A stretch of DNA of 43,906 nucleotides from Albugo candida (taxonomy: Eukaryota). Position numbers and translations under genes: made by a program. The stretch covers positions 1,054,001 to 1,097,906 of the forward strand of contig JBDOQK010000001.1 of assembly GCA_040437565.1 (NCBI GenBank), read 5' to 3'. Of this stretch, positions 25,496 through 37,053 are shown piece by piece (position 1 is the stretch's first letter; the number at the start of each line of letters is the position of its first letter). The notes under the pieces were generated by a model. The model had not been told where the DNA came from, did no database searches, and was given only the letters and a program-made list of their open reading frames with translations.

Positions 25496-25879
25496 CCAGA
25501 TACATTGAAAGAAGTTACCTACAAGAGTTGGTGAAGTTGGTGACATATTGGAACTTGACTTGATAGATGCCAAATTACAACGGTATAGACAGACGTATAT
25601 ATAACACAATTTGTGAGATCAGGCATTGAATCTAGAGATGTCTTATATACTTTGAAATAATCGATTGCTTGCTACCTACGATCTTAGTGATGAGGTACCA
25701 CTTGCAACCCGTTGGAAAGCTTACTTGGCTGAATATATATATATCAAAAGAGAAATTTAGTTCAAAAATGATTCCATGCTGAAGATCAGTGCTTGAAGTA
25801 TTACATGATTTAAGCTTGAGTGACGAAAGCTATTCCCTTCGTTGAGTTGATTCTCATGTGTACATAACCTACGACATCA

Positions 25880-26573
25880 CGAATGATACGTGGGTAGCAC
25901 ATCAATACATATTACTGCACACCAATGTGTTGCTTTCGTCGTTTCAAAGTGGTGTAATTAGTGCTGCCATAATATGAAGAGCTTATCGCTGATTGCTCCT
26001 ATTGCCTGGAGGAGTCTGCAACGCTCCATTTACCACTACAGGACGGTGACCAGTCGGAAAATATAAAGATCGATGAGCGTGTCAATTCGCAATATGATTC
26101 GTGACAGCGGTGATGTAAGGAATTCGAGATACTTTTATTACTGCACGCAAATACGATGCACGGAGCAGTATAACTTCGTCTTTTGCCTCAAAGTTGCTCT
26201 TTAGTGGTGGAGAAAGAAGAAATTTACAGTCTCTACGTTTATCCCAACCTTGATGCTGAGGATGTGTGGCCACTGCGAGAGCTTTAACGATTCTGAAATG
26301 AGAAAGAACACGGCTATGAAGAAAGAGCTACCAGATCTACTTCACTACAATCTGTTTGCTACACACGAAGACGTCGCGCTGAAACATCCAAAAGCACAGG
26401 CGGATGACTGCATCTATCCCACTTATAACCCCCGTTTTTGCATTTACCAGATAATTTTTTTATTAGCTCAAACTGATGCCAATGTCATCACCAAGCAGTT
26501 CAGACGATATAACAAGTATATGGGAATCAAATTGATATATTGCGACTTGTTTGATGTTACACTTCTTCAGTAG
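25880..26573 (+). pseudogene. Decayed CCG/CHxC-like secreted protein gene (candidate)
   Basis: A hydrophobic leader-like stretch (YILLHTNVLLSSFQSG) is followed by DCSYCLEESA at 25991-26020 and, after a frameshift, FYYCTQIRC at 26133-26159. This resembles the CxxCxxxxxG plus second Cys-pair layout of Albugo CCG effectors, but the Gly is absent. Confidence 0.4.
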
Positions 26574-27652
26574 ACAGGAATGAAGAGAATTTCTCTTCTT
26601 CTTGGGCTGCGCTTTTACTTCTCACATTGCCGGCTACTACGTAACCCGCCAGTTTAGTACAAACAACTTGCATAACAACTTTCTCAAACTTTTCCTCTCG
26701 AAAAAATGGTGCAATTCGACATATCGACACAGCCAAGGGTGTTAGCATCCACTTATAGTGACGTGGAAAGNNNNNNNNNNNNNNNNNNNNNNNNNNNNNN
26801 NNNNNNNNNNNNNNNNNNNNNNNNNNNNNNNNNNNNNNNNNNNNNNNNNNNNNNNNNNNNNNNNNNNNNNGCTGATTGCTCCTATTGCCTGGAGGAGTCT
26901 GCAACGCTCCATTTACCACTACAGGACGGTGACCAGTCGGAAAATATAAAGATCGATGAGCGTGTCAATTCGCAATATGATTCGTGACAGCGGTGATGTA
27001 AGGAATTCGAGATACTTTTATTACTGCACGCAAATACGATGCACGGAGCAGTATAACTTCGTCTTTTGCCTCAAAGTTGCTCTTTAGTGGTGGAGAAAGA
27101 AGAAATTTACAGTCTCTACGTTTATCCCAACCTTGATGCTGAGGATGTGTGGCCACTGCGAGAGCTTTAACGATTCTGAAATGAGAAAGAACACGGCTAT
27201 GAAGAAAGAGCTACCAGATCTACTTCACTACAATCTGTTTGCTACACACGAAGACGTCGCGCTGAAACATCCAAAAGCACAGGCGGATGACTGCATCTAT
27301 CCCACTTATAACCCCCGTTTTTGCATTTACCAGATAATTTTTTTATTAGCTCAAACTGATGCCAATGTCATCACCAAGCAGTTCAGACGATATAACAAGT
27401 ATATGGGAATCAAATTGATATATTGCGACTTGTTTGATGTTACACTTCTTCAGTAGACAGGAATGAAGAGAATTTCTCTTCTTCTTGGGCTGCGCTTTTA
27501 CTTCTCACATTGCCGGCTACTACGTAACCCGCCAGTTTAGTACAAACAACTTGCATAACAACTTTCTCAAACTTTTCCTCTCAAAAAATGGTGCAATTCG
27601 ACATATCGACACAGCCAAGGGTGTTAGCATCCACTTATAGTGACGTGGAAAG
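25988..27652. repeat. Direct duplication 25988-26770 = 26871-27652 across a 100-N gap (artefact or two haplotypes)
   Basis: The copies differ by a 1-bp indel (G at 26700 is absent from the second copy; the ORF offset changes from 883 to 882). Confidence 0.9.
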
Positions 27653-28584
27653 TACCCCCATCCGCAGTGTGACATTACAGGGTAATACCGGTGTTGCTAG
27701 TGGCAGATTTGGTACTGTCACTGCCTTGTCAAAGGGTGACCCAAAGGCAACTGCATGTGTGGACGACACCAAAAGTCCCACTTTGGCAGAATAATAAAGT
27801 TCCAGGAGTCGTTTTGTAAGGACGGGGCTTGAGCTCGGGAGCAATATCGCGTGGAGCTCCCAAAGCCGAAATACGCGGATATCGAGGCTAAACTGCAACT
27901 ATATGCATACGGGGAGCACCCGGATTGGTCAGTCTTGTCCGCAAAATTGGAGGAAGCAAGACCTTCCCAAGTCCGGAAAGCCACCTTCCCCATGATCTTG
28001 AAGACGGGCCAGTCTTTGACCCGTAATCCAAATAGAAAAATTCTAACATCCTTGACGGGAGACCACGGCAATCCGGTCTTTGAAAGCTTACTTGAGATCC
28101 GGTCAATTGCTCAATTGTCCAAAATACCAGGGGGCAACATCAGGGTGATGGTCACCACGGCGGATGCCTGCCAACACATCGAGTGTCAGCCGGTGACTAT
28201 CATTTGGTAAATGTATTCTTTGCAGGAGTTCGGCACTTTTGAAACAAGAAACTGCCTTGATGTTCTCGGCGTAGGCGTGGAGGAGGAGCGGAACAACCTA
28301 CACCGCTCCCTTCACAAACTAGGGTGTCAGGTGCTGTATGATACCCTTTCGCGAGATGGTCGCCACTAAAGAAGGGGTGATGTCGACTTGGAGAGTGTAT
28401 TTTGGGTCTTCGAAATGCCCGGTAGCAGCTGGTTCGAGCTGGAAAAGTGATTGAGCAAATCGCTTACGACAAACATCTCTACCCAGTACGGGGTAAGAAT
28501 GCTACATTCCAACGGAACGACCACGTTTTGGTCAATGTGCTCCTTACTTCTTGTATTGGGTGCTGCATCAGCCACGGGAGACCG

Positions 28585-28700
28585 GAAACAACACAAAACA
28601 CAATCAAAAACAAAAACAACAACGAAAACAAAACAAAAATCAAACTCAAACTCAGAATCAACACCAACAAAAACCGCAACATGAAAAACAAAAACAACTT
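28585..28700 (+). repeat. A/C-rich low-complexity tract (Q/K/N-rich linker of LINE ORF1)
   Basis: CAAAAA-like iterations; one frame reads QKQKQQRKQNKNQTQTQNQHQQKPQHEKQKQ. Confidence 0.7.
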
Positions 28701-31700
28701 ACCGCGCCAACTGCAGTCGTGGCGGTCCCAAAAAAGGTGGAGAAGCCAGGTCCAAGCCAGGAATTCGAGATAAGTAAACCTGAAAGAAAACGCTCCAATC
28801 AAATCTCGTTGTAGCTCATCGCTCCCCCACTATCACACCGCCAGGGCCACCAGAATCCTTGCAGCCCTCTCCTCTCATCATATAACTAAACAGTCAATAT
28901 TCCTCGCAACCACGTGTGGGGCGGGATGGCGATACATACATGCAGTTGGCATGGACACAAGGAAAGCGTACTCGGACTGAGCCGTTTGACCAAATGGTTT
29001 CCAATGCACCACATCGGGCGCTCCCTACGTTGGCAACAAGCAGTTAGTTTGCTTTGCTCGCACCTATAGAGGTGGAAATCGAAGAAGTCCAAGCGGCTGC
29101 CAATCTCAAGCATGGCAATCGCATACAAATTTTTCCCATGAAGGCGTGGATGCCAAAAGAGGTGGCAACTTCGAAAAAGGCAGCGCAGTTTCATAAGAAG
29201 CGTCATACAACCGTGGAAAAAGCGGAGCGACCAATCAGAATTGGTGAAATAGAGGAGCTCATGGAAACGGATTCCAAAAATGTACTCCACCCGCTCTGTC
29301 TGGACAAGCTAGTCCAAGCTGATGCGTGCATCCCTCATGTACAAAAGCTGGTATAATTCTGTACAAACCCGGACCAAATCATCTGGGCAGCACTTGATCA
29401 TCCGATCACTACAAATGGGGGGCTTATCTCCTTTATGGAGTGTAATGATCCTGTGTTGGACGAATTAGCACATCTACTGCTAATCAATCGCGTTTTTGCA
29501 TCCCACAACCTCGGCGTAGATGTTACGTTTGCGACGTGATGGAGTCGCCACGTTGGTGGAGAAGTTCCCTCAAAGCGAGATGTATTGTTCAAGAAAGTAA
29601 TGTCTTGTCGGAAGACAGTGCCGGACATTGTTCGCAGTCTGACTCTAGCAACCAAAGCTCTCGCGCTGTTGAAACTGTTATTTATGTGTACTGCCCCGAC
29701 ATTCTACACTTCTACACAACGATCACTGGATCCAATAGATTGAACCGTGATCTGGATTCCGGGTCATCATTGTCGTCTACTTTCAATCAATGTGATCATC
29801 TTGTTGTTACGCTTTGATGTGGGCATAAAGTGTTGGCTTCAATGGATTGGAGGTAAATGGCTAGGACTTTTCTGTGGTGATATCAGCAAGCTCTCAGCCA
29901 ATCTTAGCTTTTTTCAAGAAGAAAAAACAATACTTCATCTCTAAAAACAAGATGTTGAAATGAGGTTTATTGCTGGTCCACTTCAGCGTGAATGCTAAGG
30001 GCTCCTCGATTATATCAACGTGGAACAATATATCAGCACTCACGGTGAATGTTAATGGAATTCATAATAAATGGTCATATCTTTATCGACCACATCCTAT
30101 CCTATCACAACACTCCATTTGCTGTGTTCAAAAAACCAAGTTTCACGATCACAACCAACTGGACTCATTTCAGTTTTTATTATATTCGAAATTGCAGCAC
30201 AAAATGTTTGTCAATGATCACAACAGTGTTTTTCTTCATCCGAATTAAAATCGCAGTGGTGGCGTCATGACAACCCTTCGTTCGGACTTTCCCGGTTATA
30301 CAACAGATGAAGACTCACCGAACGAAGCATTCGAAATCGTTATTTGGTTTCGCGTCTTCTCATTCACGATGCACCGGTGTATATTCACAATGTATATGTA
30401 ACGGTCAAGGCCGAGGAAAGAGTGACTTTCTATGAGTTATTGCTCTCCAGCACCCTTTGAATCGACCGCAACACATCTCGTATTTGCTGATTTTAATACA
30501 CCACTCGATCCAGCTGGCGAAGCTTCGAATGTAACAATTCGATACGGACCCAGTCGATTAGCGTGTTTGGAATGGCTTTAGTGGTTGGGTTTGGTAGACG
30601 CTTGGCGAATCCAATATCCGACTGAAAAAATAATTACAGGAGCATTACCGCGCAAGATCGACTAGATTACATTTGCATGTCAGAAGAGCTATTCAATATG
30701 GTATACAAAATCTCTGAATATTTCCGTCCACGACATGCGGGAGATCATCTGGCACAAAAATAACTTTTGCAAATTCAACTCAACCTCGGAATCGAAAATA
30801 TTGGAAATTTTCATTACGACTATTTGTATATCCTCAAGCTCTCGAAGCAATCAAATTGAAAGCGAATTTGGTGCTCGCACAGTTGCGGACAACTTCAAAT
30901 CCCGAAAAAGTTGTCGCAAAGTTGGAAGCCGAAAATCAAGAAGCAGCTTCAAGGAATTGAAAAAAAGGTTCATAAGATAGATGACGTGATGTTGAGTCTA
31001 GCCAGCGGGTTTTGGAAGTCGCAGCAGCGCGATATCGTAGTCAAGACACCAATCAGTCACAGTTTTTTTACGAATCGAGTCTCGAACAATTCAGAATTTC
31101 GGTCGAAAAAAATGCCAGATATCACCAAGATGAGAGCTTCGATCATCACGTGAAGCATATGGAGAACTCTTCCAACACTTTTTCGCCCTTCGGATAGTTC
31201 ATGTCGTCGCGGGCCGATCGAAAATGTCACAAAAAATGTGGCACCGTGACATCGAACCCGAGGGAAATTATTCACGAATTTAAGGATCATTGGGGTGGTG
31301 TTATGGGCTCTCTATAGCTATGAGACCGAATCAGATGATCCATGTGAAATAAATAAAAAAAGCTACTGGATTCGATTCAAGTTTCCCTTGCATCAAGAGA
31401 GCAAGACCGTCTATCAGCTCGCTTAAGTACGACCGAGATGGCGGAAGCGATCAAGCACATGCGGAGTAGTTCTTCTCCAGGTATGAATGGACTACTCAGC
31501 TGAATTTATCAGCTTTATCCGGAAACGTTTGGCGAGTGTCTGAAGATAGTGCTCGAATATCAGCCGGAAAAAGGTATCTTACTTCGATCAAAACGTCACT
31601 CAGCAATCACATTATTATACAAAAAAGGATCACGAGGTGATCCTGGCAACTATAGACCGATGGCACTACTTTGTGCCGATATGAAGTACTTTCAAAAGTA

Positions 31701-32431
31701 TTGGCGAATTGATTGCAACGGTTTTTGCCAAAATTGATCCATCAAGATCAAAAAGCACTTGTGTGAGGAAGGTCGATGCACCACCATATTGGACATGTCA
31801 ACGATATCCAGGACTTGGTCACTTTTCGTGAGGAAGAAGCGTATGCGACTTTTTTTGACTTTGAGAAAGCTTATGATTGCGTCAATTGGACGTACATGTT
31901 TCGCGTTTTGGAAAAATATGGGCGTTGGAAAAAGCTTCATCGACTGGGTTCGTCTTCTGTACAATAACACGAAGGTGTAATTGATAATTAATGGCAATAT
32001 TACAACATCTATTACCATCTATTACCACAACGTGGAGTGAAGCAAGGCGATCCTCTCTCAGCGTTACTTATTTTGATGACGATCGAAACTTTGGGAAATT
32101 TACTTCGAAAAAATGAAGACGTGGTATTTGTATCAATGACACGGCTGTCGCAACTGGATTAATTTTTGCGGATAATTCGACATTGCTTTCAGAGACACCT
32201 AATGGTGTTTTGACGCAACTCGAACACATTCAAGTCTATTGCGATGGATCTGGTGCGAAACTCAACTTGAGCAAATTCTCCTTGATCTCGTTGAATCGGA
32301 CCATGCTGATCCGGAGGATTCGGTCAAGTGTTTCGGCATTCCTTTCGGCCAGACGCCGACTCATTCGATGGTTATTTCAGCTCTCGACAAGCATTTTTTC
32401 GATGGGTATGATGTATGTTTTCGACGTGCAC

Positions 32432-32600
32432 TGGAGTGTCCGAGCTTGTAAAAACGAAAGTAAGTTCAGGCAGGTCCATAGTTCACAACCGTGTGCTTAT
32501 CTAAGCCTACTGATTCTTTTACTGAATTCTTTTTCTGATTCTAAATGACGTCATCACTTGCGTAAGCATGTAACGTCTTTCGGATGCCGTCATGCCTACA
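32432..32600. mobile_element. Solo LTR (169 bp) inserted in LINE ORF2
   Basis: TGGAGTGTCC...ATGCCTACA (TG...CA) is flanked by a perfect 5-bp TSD TGCAC (32427-32431 and 32601-32605). It is absent from the homologous position in the second LINE copy (~37455-37470). Confidence 0.82.
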
Positions 32601-35299
32601 TGCACGAACTGTCGTCATCGACTACTGGTTGCGCGGACGATAATTTTATCACGTCTGTGGAATTACACCTTGCACGTGGACATACTAGCAGAGACTATTC
32701 GACAGTGGAAATCGATGCTAAATCGATTTGTGCTTGGTGGGAAACACAAAAAAGATTCAAAAGACGTTCACCTATTCAGGAAAGAGTTTTTATATCTTCG
32801 CCCACAAGATGGTGGACTACAAGTTCCTGTTTTTGGTGGGATGGCTGAAGCTACAACGTAATCAATTCCTCCAGCAGTTCGCATCCGATGCGTCGACAAT
32901 TATTCCTGCAAATTACACAACTGCTTCCACGGAATTATTACAGCTTATTCAACCTTCATTTGGACCACACAAGCCAATAAAAATATTAACATCGCACCAC
33001 ATCGGCATGGGAAATTGGTTAAATGGGAGGGAGCATCTTTATGGTGGAAACACGCATTCAAATGTGGCATCAGATGGATTGAAGCATCAACATTTCCGAT
33101 TTGACAGTTCTCCAACTCCGTCAGTAGTACATGACCCAACCGATGTGGTTCCAATGCGACCAAGAATTACATTACGAAGCTGCTACCCCGTAGTCCGACT
33201 ACGCAAAAAGTTTGGAACAATCTTGGCATAGTGGATGAACCACATCGGATGTTTCGCGAATCGTTTACTACACTTTTCGAGATTCGAAGTCTGCAAGACT
33301 TTTTTCGAGAAAACGACACATGGCAAACGAAGGAATATTTGTCACCAGTTATAACAACGACGAAGGGCTGAAAACATTGGATATGTCTGATGAAAAGTTG
33401 CTGAGTCGACTTTACACTGAAGTCACTCAGATACTACAGCGAACCACTCGACGATTGGTCTCATCACTTGGATCCAACCAAACACAAGTGGAAGATCATT
33501 TTATGTGGGAGTACAAAGCAAAGGAGAGTAAGCATTATTTCCCATCTATTCTACGCTCTCAAATCTCACGAATCGCCTGAAAACTTCCCGAGCCAGTCAA
33601 GAGTCATCCGATGTTGACACATTGGTCATCACGTGAGAGATCAGACGCAACAGATTCAGAACGAGTTAAAACGTTTATGGCTACATCACGGCATCTTCGA
33701 GAACGTGTACTAATCATTTTCGAAGATTTACAATTTTTCCTGTCCTTTCGGATGTTGCCAGTTCGATCTCGTTTCTGGTTTCTAAAGGAAATACAGCCCG
33801 ACATTATATTGTGCACACAGTCTTGGTGTGGCGCAGTGGATTCCGATCAACATCTCTTTCTCGAGTGTGATCAAACGGCACGATTATGGAGTGAGTTATT
33901 CCCTATTTGGGATCAGTTCTTCTCAGCCCGACCACGTTGGCCGCATATTGCATGTGCAATTGTGCCAACACTACGTCCGGCATGGAAAGCTTATCAACAA
34001 ATTATATCCGATTTATGGCTTGCATTACCAGCGGTGAGAGTACAATTCGTCTGGATCGATCGGAATCGTCGTTTGTTCGAACAGCGATCAGCAACTCCGA
34101 CAGTTCCAGCATTTTCCGTAATCTACACCACATTTAGTGCGCACGTTCGGTATTATCGACGACAGTGTTACGACCACGACGAACGCATTCGGCTTGCTAA
34201 AGTTCTGGATCAACTCGCAACGCAAGAATTATTTGCTGGCTTTTTCAGAAGTCGACGATCATTGCTGCGGGTACGACACAGGCAAGTGGAATTGCAAGTG
34301 CAACTCGGATCCTAGTCCTAGTTGGATGGCTACGTTGAAGCTAGTGTAGCGCACAACAATTTAAAAAACACGGTATTTTTGGACGATTTTAACAGCCTTT
34401 ATCATTTTGTCGCAATGGCATCAGCCAACCATAAGATCGGAAAAGATTTCCGCCAATCGGATGCTGATATTCGAGGTCAGAAAACAATGTAAAGACGGTG
34501 CAACATATTCCACCAATCGAGATTGATACAGCGGAGCCTATAAGACAATGCGTAAAGGCTAGGGCTTAGAATGGTAACAACTAAGGACCCTAATCTATCA
34601 AGTTTCCATTTTACCAACTGAAACAACAACACATTTACACGATGGACATAGTCTAGTAGTATGGTGGTCGCACTACCCCAACACAGGATTATCAACGAAA
34701 AGACATATTATTATCTCTCACAGGTATTTTCACGATACGATTTTTGTATGTATATATGTTATTTAAGATAGCCTAGGCAACTAGAGAAGTCAGTTAGTCT
34801 ACTTCTAGTAATATAGACNNNNNNNNNNNNNNNNNNNNNNNNNNNNNNNNNNNNNNNNNNNNNNNNNNNNNNNNNNNNNNNNNNNNNNNNNNNNNNNNNN
34901 NNNNNNNNNNNNNNNNNNACTTCTAGTAATATAGACACCTTCAGCTGTGCTGAGCTGGCTAATGTCTACATGACGGCACACATAGAAAGGGGGAATCGAT
35001 GCTTTTCCGAATCGGCTTGTCCAGGCATGATATTGAATATTGTGTATTTCTCAGCATATTATGGGTAACCTTGATGCGTCTATATGCGTTGAAGAATAAC
35101 GTAAGGAACCACGTGGTGTGACTCACATCGAAATCGTATTATGTGGCAACGGTGTAAAGACAGAACTAGCGCTTAACCTAATAAAAAAATGGCTAACAGC
35201 TCTATCCAAAACACATACCCTTCTTTGTCCAATGCTCTGCTTGATTCTATAGCCATACCCTTCAGCAGACGTTACATTTTGGGGTCCACCCCTGCTCAT

Positions 35300-36957
35300 T
35301 TTAGGTTGTTCGCCCGTAGTACTTTATTTAGACACCATTCTATTACTACAGTTTGGTGGTTATTCACTCTATTCTAATCACTAGCATGTAACGCTCTGAC
35401 GAGCCCGGTCCAACTCTTGTACAGTTATTTTCTGGTGTAGTTGCCAGCGGTCTTGACACGTCCATATCTTCATTGAGTAGGTTAATATTTACGTGGAGGA
35501 ATCTTTGCCTCCGCCCAGGGGCCCCACCGCAGCCCTTTTGCCACCGCCGGAGCTCGTTAGTTCGATCCCCGGCAGTTTGGGCAGCGGTTTGACCCCACCC
35601 AAGCAATCAGCTTGGAAAATATCTGCCTTCCTAGGTTTGAAGTCAGACTTAATTGATAGGCACACGGTCAGGAGCTCATGATAGGATAAGGAAGGTAGTT
35701 AAAGAACCAGATAAATAGTGTAATGAAATCTTTGACAAAGCAGAAATTACATTATTATACCCACGAGCTTGCTTTGAGCTGAAGTAAACTCCACCGAAGT
35801 ACGATGCTGCATGTTCAATGCGAGTTTGAGATATTTTTTGCTCGTTCTACTGTTAAAGGTAGGCATATTGCTGCTCATTATAAATTTCTAGAACAGATTT
35901 CTCCTTTTCCAAAGGTAATTTTATAGTAGAAAGCCACAGCCGAACCTTTACAGATCTTGTTATACAGTGGAAGACACTTATAACCAGACCATATATTCCA
36001 TGGAAAAACTCCTACTAATACAATAAAAATTCGCAATAGAGCAAAATGCACTCCATATACTGGAAGCACATTGACTTGGCTTTCTTAAAATGGAGCCCTA
36101 TTTTTTGTATCTTTATTTTGGACGAAAGTAGTAGGAGGTTGAAGTTTGGCAAATTTTCGTGATTTTGTATGCAGAGATGAAAATTTTGGCCGCATTCAAT
36201 TATTGGGAGCTGCTATCCGGACACTCCCCCTTTGCTAACCGGACCCCCCCATCTCCTCACATATATTGGGTACATGTATTTCCATCAATTGTTTGCGTTT
36301 TGCTCCAAAAATGCGAGCATAGCAAACGCTTTTAATGCGTCCGAGACGAGAGCGGTGGCAACTTATGACTTGTAACTTTCTTCTGTATTTAGCAGAAAAT
36401 TTGATGAGTAAGGTTTGCTTTGATCTTATCAAAGTAGACATTTATAGGCGGCATGTCTCCTCCCTTCAAGTGATATCCTATTCGGCATTTGAGTATTTAC
36501 TGATCCGAGAATCCAGATCCCCTTATACCACGTGAAAGCACCCTAATTCAGTCAAAAATAGCTCCAGGCACTAAAACTTACAGGTAAACGCTTTTTGTCT
36601 AATATCCGAATTTCTCATTGTGGCGATGAATGCACTACGAGCGCATATGGTCGTACCTTCAAACGGTCAATTCTTCCAGTTGCGTATATTTAGAGATGAA
36701 ACATTGCTAATGATATATTAGAATCGTTTTAATTAGACAATGGAGTGTAAATATCATTCACTGACTGCTTCGCATAAGAAGTCAGATAAGCGATGGCATT
36801 TGAATCGAGACCAAATAAGCAAGAAGCGAGCGATCTATTATGCTATTGAGATTGGATACGTGCATCAGAGCCCGTCGCTGGCGGAGCATACTGTAGCCCC
36901 ATACGAAGTCATTACAACCATTTACAATAAAAAATCTCGAAGGGAAATAGAAATCAT
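35300..36957 (-). pseudogene. Possible decayed Cys-rich secreted protein gene
   Basis: Leader-like MISISLRDFLL*MVVMTSYGATVCSA from 36957, then scattered frameshifted motifs (QCFISKY, QCASSIWSAF, CNFCFVKDFITLFI). Inference only. Confidence 0.28.
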
Positions 36958-37053
36958 AGAGCATTTTCTCAAACTATAAGTAACTTATTTTTGCGTGTAA
37001 TTGACTTGCAGAGATTGAACAGAAGATACACAATTTGTATATCAAGGAAGAAC

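Larger units (their letters stand above)
27588..34941 (+). mobile_element. Near full-length degenerate non-LTR retrotransposon (LINE, L1/Tx1-like; ORF1 plus APE-RT ORF2)
   Basis: ORF1 fragments span ~27588-29950. APE endonuclease from ~30020 (TVNVNGI, CVQKTK, LADFNT, LVDAWRI, RLDYI, AGDH). RT at ~31600-32200 (DPGNYRPMALL, FDFEKAYD, GVKQGDPLS, FADNST). C-terminal Zn motif CTQSWCGAVDSDQHLFLEC, ending at 34315. The 3' UTR ends ...ATAGACACCTT, matching the second copy. The 5' boundary is approximate and no TSD was found. Confidence 0.9.

Noticed and set aside
28479-28802. Hydrophobic 107-aa ORF resembling a membrane protein
   Set aside because: It is the antisense translation of the A-rich low-complexity tract in LINE ORF1.
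34963-35162. Possible solo LTR (TGTCT...AGACA; start resembles one end of the 169-bp LTR)
   Set aside because: No TSD (GCTAA vs GAACT), and the similarity is limited to about 10 nt.
36215-36235. PPT-like AAAGGGGGAG followed by TGTCCGGA on the minus strand, suggesting another LTR element
   Set aside because: No pol motifs on the expected side and no partner LTR found.
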